DNA of 64,000 bases from assembly GCA_039815185.1 (NCBI GenBank), contig JBCBZT010000010.1, positions 64,001-128,000 of the forward strand, given 5' to 3'. The notes below the pieces were generated by a model. It had not been told where the DNA came from. It searched no databases and saw only the letters and a program-made list of their open reading frames with translations. Below are positions 60,052 to 64,000 of this stretch, piece after piece (the first letter of the stretch is position 1; each line of letters begins with the position of its first letter). Made by a program: the position numbers and the translations under genes. This stretch comes from Cyanobacteria bacterium P01_A01_bin.123 (GTDB lineage: Bacteria; Cyanobacteriota; Cyanobacteriia; Phormidesmidales; Phormidesmidaceae).

Positions 60052-61422
60052 ATGCAGATTGAATCCACCGCGCCCAATCAATCGCCCGCATCCGCTGGTC
60101 AACACTCTGATACGGCTATCCATGAGGCTGCCAATCCAACGCTGCCTAAACTGACCCTAAAACGATGGCAGCTTTGGGGATTGTTACCGTTGCTGCTATT
60201 GCCTGTGGGCGCGATCGCAACCAATAAAGTTCTTAGTAGCGGGCCATCTGAAACCGCCGTTACCCAGGCTTTGCCCGTGGAAACATTGGTCGTGCAACCC
60301 GTGGATGAATACAGTGTAGACCGCAGTTACAGCGGTGAACTCGCCGCTGGACGCAGCAGCGAGTTGGGCTTTGAACTAGGGGGTAAAGTGGTCGAAATTT
60401 TGGTAGACGAAGGCGATGCGGTGAACGCGGGGCAACCCCTAGCTCGACTCGACACCCGTAGCCTACAGGCCCAGCGACAGCAGCTCGTCGCCCAGCGAGA
60501 TCAAGCTGCCGCCCAACTCCAAGAACTGCAAGCAGGTCCCCGACAGCAAGACATCGCAGCAGCCCGCGCCGCCGTAGCCGACTTGCAAAACCAGGTTGAC
60601 TTAGGCCGTTTGCAGGAAACCCGACGCCAAGATCTCTACGATCAAGGTGCTATTTCCCGAGAAGAGTTGGATCAGCAAACGTTTGGCACCGGATCGCTTG
60701 AAAGTCGTCTCCAGCAGGCCCAAAGTAATCTTGACGAACTGTTAGCAGGCACTCGCCAAGAGCAAATATCGGCTCAATCTGCGGCTGTGCGTCAACTTGA
60801 GGCCGCGATCGCTAGCCTCGATATCGATCTCTCCAAAAGTGTACTGACTGCCCCATTCAACGGTCGTGTCAGCCAGCGGCTGATTGACGAAGGAGCCGTG
60901 GTCAGCAGTGGGCAATCCTTGCTCAAACTGGTCGAAGGCGACACCCTTGAGGCTCGTATCGGCGTCCCGACAGAAGTTGCAACAGCGCTGCCTATTGGCA
61001 GCCCGCAGCAGGTCATCGTCGGCGATCGCGCGCTGTCTGCCATCGTCACCGCTCAACTGCCTGAAGTAGATGCCACCAGCCGCACCGTCACCATTGTCCT
61101 AGACCTCCAAACCGACACTCCTATTCCGGTCGGTCAAACCATCCAGCTCAGCGTCACCGAAACCCAGACCACCAAAGGCTTCTGGCTCCCCTCTACCGCC
61201 CTCGTCCCCGCCGAACAAGGCTTATGGTCTGTCTATGTCGCTAAAGCCTCCCCTCAGCAGTCAACCGCAGACAATTACACCGTCTCCCGCCAAGACGTTG
61301 AAGTGATGCACACCCAAGGCGATCGCGTTTTGGTTCGCGGTACGCTGCAACCCGGCGATCGCGCCATTACCTCTGGAACGCATCGGATTGTGGCAGGGCA
61401 GGTGGTAAGTGTCTTGAGGTGA
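60052..61422 (+). CDS. RND efflux periplasmic adaptor (membrane fusion protein)
   Basis: TM anchor, lipoyl half-motifs (V.EGD.V..GQ.LA.LD and APF.G.V) and a long coiled coil. Confidence 0.93.
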   Translation: MQIESTAPNQSPASAGQHSDTAIHEAANPTLPKLTLKRWQLWGLLPLLLLPVGAIATNKVLSSGPSETAVTQALPVETLVVQPVDEYSVDRSYSGELAAGRSSELGFELGGKVVEILVDEGDAVNAGQPLARLDTRSLQAQRQQLVAQRDQAAAQLQELQAGPRQQDIAAARAAVADLQNQVDLGRLQETRRQDLYDQGAISREELDQQTFGTGSLESRLQQAQSNLDELLAGTRQEQISAQSAAVRQLEAAIASLDIDLSKSVLTAPFNGRVSQRLIDEGAVVSSGQSLLKLVEGDTLEARIGVPTEVATALPIGSPQQVIVGDRALSAIVTAQLPEVDATSRTVTIVLDLQTDTPIPVGQTIQLSVTETQTTKGFWLPSTALVPAEQGLWSVYVAKASPQQSTADNYTVSRQDVEVMHTQGDRVLVRGTLQPGDRAITSGTHRIVAGQVVSVLR

Positions 61423-61547
61423 TGCGGTGTGGATACGATTACCGCTTCCTGGGGTGATGGAGTGATAATTCCCAATCCCCTCTGCTTACTCCACTCCCTT
61501 ACTCTCCCACTCCTTTACTCCCCAACTTCCCCACCTAACTCCCCACT
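61416..61547. repeat. Degenerate short tandem repeat (STRR-like) tract
   Basis: G-rich GGGGTGATGGAGTGA followed by C-rich TACTCCAC/TACTCTCCCAC/TACTCCCC/AACTCCCCAC units. Confidence 0.6.
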
Positions 61548-64000
61548 ATGTTCAACCTCTTCTACCGCAACCGCCAACTCCTTTTCCTCACCCTCGCCCT
61601 CGTGGTGGTCTGGGGCCTCTCTGCCTTCCTCACGTTGCCACGGATGGAGGATCCCGAAATTACGCAGCGGTTTTCTACCGTGACCACCTTTTTGCCTGGG
61701 GCGAGTCCAGAGCGGGTCGAAACGCTAATTACTGAAAAGGTGGAAGAAAGGCTGTTTGAACTAGAGGAGGTGGAATCGATTGAATCGACCTCAAGTTTGG
61801 GCATATCCGTAGTAACGGTGGAAATCAAAGAAGCCATTCGCAATGTTGATCCGGTTTGGGCTAAGGTGCGCAGCAAAATTGACGACGTAGTCCCCGAACT
61901 GCCCCCAGACGCCTCCGATCCAGAATATGAAGACAGCACGGTATCAGCCAGTGCCCTGATCGTCGGATTAACCTGGCAGCTCAATGCAGAACCCAACTAT
62001 GCGATCTTAGGTCGGTTGATTGACGGGTTAGAAGACGATATTCGGGCGATTCCCGGTACGGATAAGCTGGAGATCTTTGGTGAACCGGATGAAGAAATTA
62101 CGGTGGAGATTGCGCCCGCAAAGTTGGCGCAGCTCGGGATCACAGCCCAGCAGCTAGCACAACAAATTCAGGCCAGCGATGCCAAGCTGTCGGCGGGGCA
62201 GTTTCGCAGCAGTGATAATGAGCTACTGCTGGAAATCAACAGCGAACTAGATTCTTTAGAGCGGATCCGCGAAATTCCCATCCAGCTTGGCACGGGTAGC
62301 CAAGCCGCACGGCTAGGAGACATCGCCCAAGTCACCAAGGGGATTCAAGATCCCGCGTCAGAGTTAGCCATTGTCAATGGCTATCCAGCAGTGGCGCTTT
62401 CCGCCACGGTAGAAAATGGGCAGCGGGTGGATCAGTGGGCGGTACAGGCCCGGCAAGTTTTGACTGATTTTGAAGCAAACCTGTCTGATGGATTGGGTCT
62501 GGCGACGGTACTCGATCAAAGCCAGTATGTACAGCAGCGCCTCAACGGTGTGGTGATGAACCTGATCGTGGGGTCTGGCTTGGTGATTGCGGTATCGCTA
62601 GTCATGTTGGGTTGGCGATCGGCGTTGATTGTCGGCTCTGCTTTGCCCTTGGTGACGCTGATGGTGTTTGGCTGTATGAAGGTGCTGGGGGTGCCGCTAC
62701 ACCAAATGTCGGTGACGGGCATCATCATTGCATTGGGGTTGTTGATCGACAACGCCATCGTCGTCGTGGACGAAATGCAGATTCGTTTGCGGGAAGGGTT
62801 GTCTACAGCAGCAGCAGTGAGCGGTACGGTGAACCACTTGCTGGTACCGCTGACGGCCTCAACATTGACGACCGTGTTGGCCTTTGTGCCCATTGCCACC
62901 TCACCAGGGGGCACGGGAGAATTCATCGGCACTATTGGCCTAACAGTAATTTTGGCGTTAATCAGTTCGCTGTTTTTGTCGCTCACGGTGGTTGTGTCAC
63001 TCACGGGGTTGATCAGCCGACGGCGGACAGATTCTCAATCGCTAACGCCCCAAGCAACTCGCTGGTGGCAAAGTGGGTTTGCCAACGCTAACCTCACTGT
63101 TTTGTATAGCTGGACCTTAGAAAAAGTCTTTCGTCGCCCTTGGCTGGGCATCGGCTTAGCGCTGGTACTCCCCGTTATTGGCTTTGCCATGTTCGGCACG
63201 TTAGATCAGCAGTTTTTCCCGCCGACTAACCGTAACCAGTTTCAAATTGAGTTTGAGTTGCCAAGTCAAAGCGCGATCGCAGAAACGCAGACCCAAATTT
63301 TAGCCGCGCGCGATCTGATTCGTCAGCACGAACGGGTGGATGACATTCACTGGTTTATGGGGGAAAGCGCCCCGTCGTTTTTCTACAACGTGTTGAGCAA
63401 TCGGCGCAACGCCCCGAACTACGCCCAAGGCATTGTCCAGTTGAATGACACCACTGATCTACGACAGACGATTCAAGATTTGCAGTGGGAACTTGACGCC
63501 GCTTTCCCCGATGCTCAGGTACTGGTGAAACAGCTTGAACAAGGCCCCCCCTTTGATGCACCCATTGAACTGCGGATTTACGGGTCTGACATGGCTCAAC
63601 TGCGACAGGTTGGCAACGATCTGCGCGGAGAACTGGCCCAGGTCTCTGATGTGATTCACACCCAGGCTGACTTGACCGAAGGCCTACCGAAGCTGGCTTT
63701 AACAGTAGATGAAGTACAGGCGCGGCAGGCCGGGTTAGACAACAGCGCGATCGCCCGTCAACTCAATACCGCCTTGGAAGGCAGCGTCGGCGGTTCCGTT
63801 TTAGAGGGAACGGAAGATATTCCAGTACGGGTGCGACTCAGCGATCAGCGACGGGGAGATTTGGGCGAAATTTCAGCCTTAGATCTGGTTGCAGGCAACG
63901 GTGAGGCACTCCCTTTAAACGCGATCGCGGATCTATCCCTCATCCCTGACCTAGCCCAAATTACCCGTAAAGATGGGCAGCGGATCAACACAGTGCAGGG
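61548..64000 (+). CDS. RND efflux permease (AcrB/AcrD/AcrF family), runs off the window end
   Basis: Read directly from ATG 61548: MFNLFYRNRQLL..LPRMEDP..PGASPERVE; IALGLLIDNAIVVVD near 62730-62770. Confidence 0.93.
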   Translation, partial: MFNLFYRNRQLLFLTLALVVVWGLSAFLTLPRMEDPEITQRFSTVTTFLPGASPERVETLITEKVEERLFELEEVESIESTSSLGISVVTVEIKEAIRNVDPVWAKVRSKIDDVVPELPPDASDPEYEDSTVSASALIVGLTWQLNAEPNYAILGRLIDGLEDDIRAIPGTDKLEIFGEPDEEITVEIAPAKLAQLGITAQQLAQQIQASDAKLSAGQFRSSDNELLLEINSELDSLERIREIPIQLGTGSQAARLGDIAQVTKGIQDPASELAIVNGYPAVALSATVENGQRVDQWAVQARQVLTDFEANLSDGLGLATVLDQSQYVQQRLNGVVMNLIVGSGLVIAVSLVMLGWRSALIVGSALPLVTLMVFGCMKVLGVPLHQMSVTGIIIALGLLIDNAIVVVDEMQIRLREGLSTAAAVSGTVNHLLVPLTASTLTTVLAFVPIATSPGGTGEFIGTIGLTVILALISSLFLSLTVVVSLTGLISRRRTDSQSLTPQATRWWQSGFANANLTVLYSWTLEKVFRRPWLGIGLALVLPVIGFAMFGTLDQQFFPPTNRNQFQIEFELPSQSAIAETQTQILAARDLIRQHERVDDIHWFMGESAPSFFYNVLSNRRNAPNYAQGIVQLNDTTDLRQTIQDLQWELDAAFPDAQVLVKQLEQGPPFDAPIELRIYGSDMAQLRQVGNDLRGELAQVSDVIHTQADLTEGLPKLALTVDEVQARQAGLDNSAIARQLNTALEGSVGGSVLEGTEDIPVRVRLSDQRRGDLGEISALDLVAGNGEALPLNAIADLSLIPDLAQITRKDGQRINTVQ

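Noticed and set aside
61429..63659. Short ORFs listed across 61.4-63.7 kb
   Set aside because: They are shadows of the AcrB-family CDS starting at 61548, which the track omits because it has no stop codon in the window.
1..64000. Recurrent GCGATCGC octamer as a novel repeat
   Set aside because: This is the well-known cyanobacterial HIP1 sequence; it was used only as a taxonomic and compositional clue.
1..64000. CRISPR array, tRNA, rRNA or integrase
   Set aside because: No regularly spaced repeats, cloverleaf or rRNA-like sequence, or tyrosine/serine recombinase ORF was recognised by eye.

Overview
Chromosomal window from a cyanobacterium. HIP1 octamers (GCGATCGC) occur dozens of times, and there are cyanobacterial signature genes (CCB4-type cytochrome b6f assembly factor, panC-cmk fusion, DUF3143, DUF1997, LabA/NYN-lptC, pentapeptide-repeat and CHAT proteins). 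Gene style suggests a filamentous Leptolyngbya/Nodosilinea-like strain, but that is inference. The window is mostly housekeeping and envelope genes (shc, hpnB, gcvP, rsmE, panC/cmk, rlpA, purM, an RND efflux operon) mixed with signalling genes (two class III adenylate cyclases, a REC-GAF-PP2C plus RsbW pair, and Crp-, MerR-, GntR- and PadR-family regulators). A small accessory island (about 7.7-11.3 kb) holds short minus-strand genes and a truncated IS1. No rRNA, tRNA, CRISPR array, integrase or prophage was recognised. Best leads: (i) two single-gene units (10017-10541 and 40944-41409) bounded in the same way by integron-like GTTR/YAAC simple sites but lacking a full attC or an integrase; (ii) a MerR-type 19-bp-spacer promoter driving a small unknown protein, merR and a flavodoxin-like reductase; (iii) readable GntR and PadR operators; (iv) a GtrABC-like lipid-linked glycosylation triad; (v) an atypical Crp/Ycf46-AAA/GNAT/2Fe-2S cluster; (vi) a roughly 60-aa insertion in a CHAT protease domain and a repeat-derived in-frame insertion in gcvP. 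Family assignments come from motif recognition only; no searches were run.
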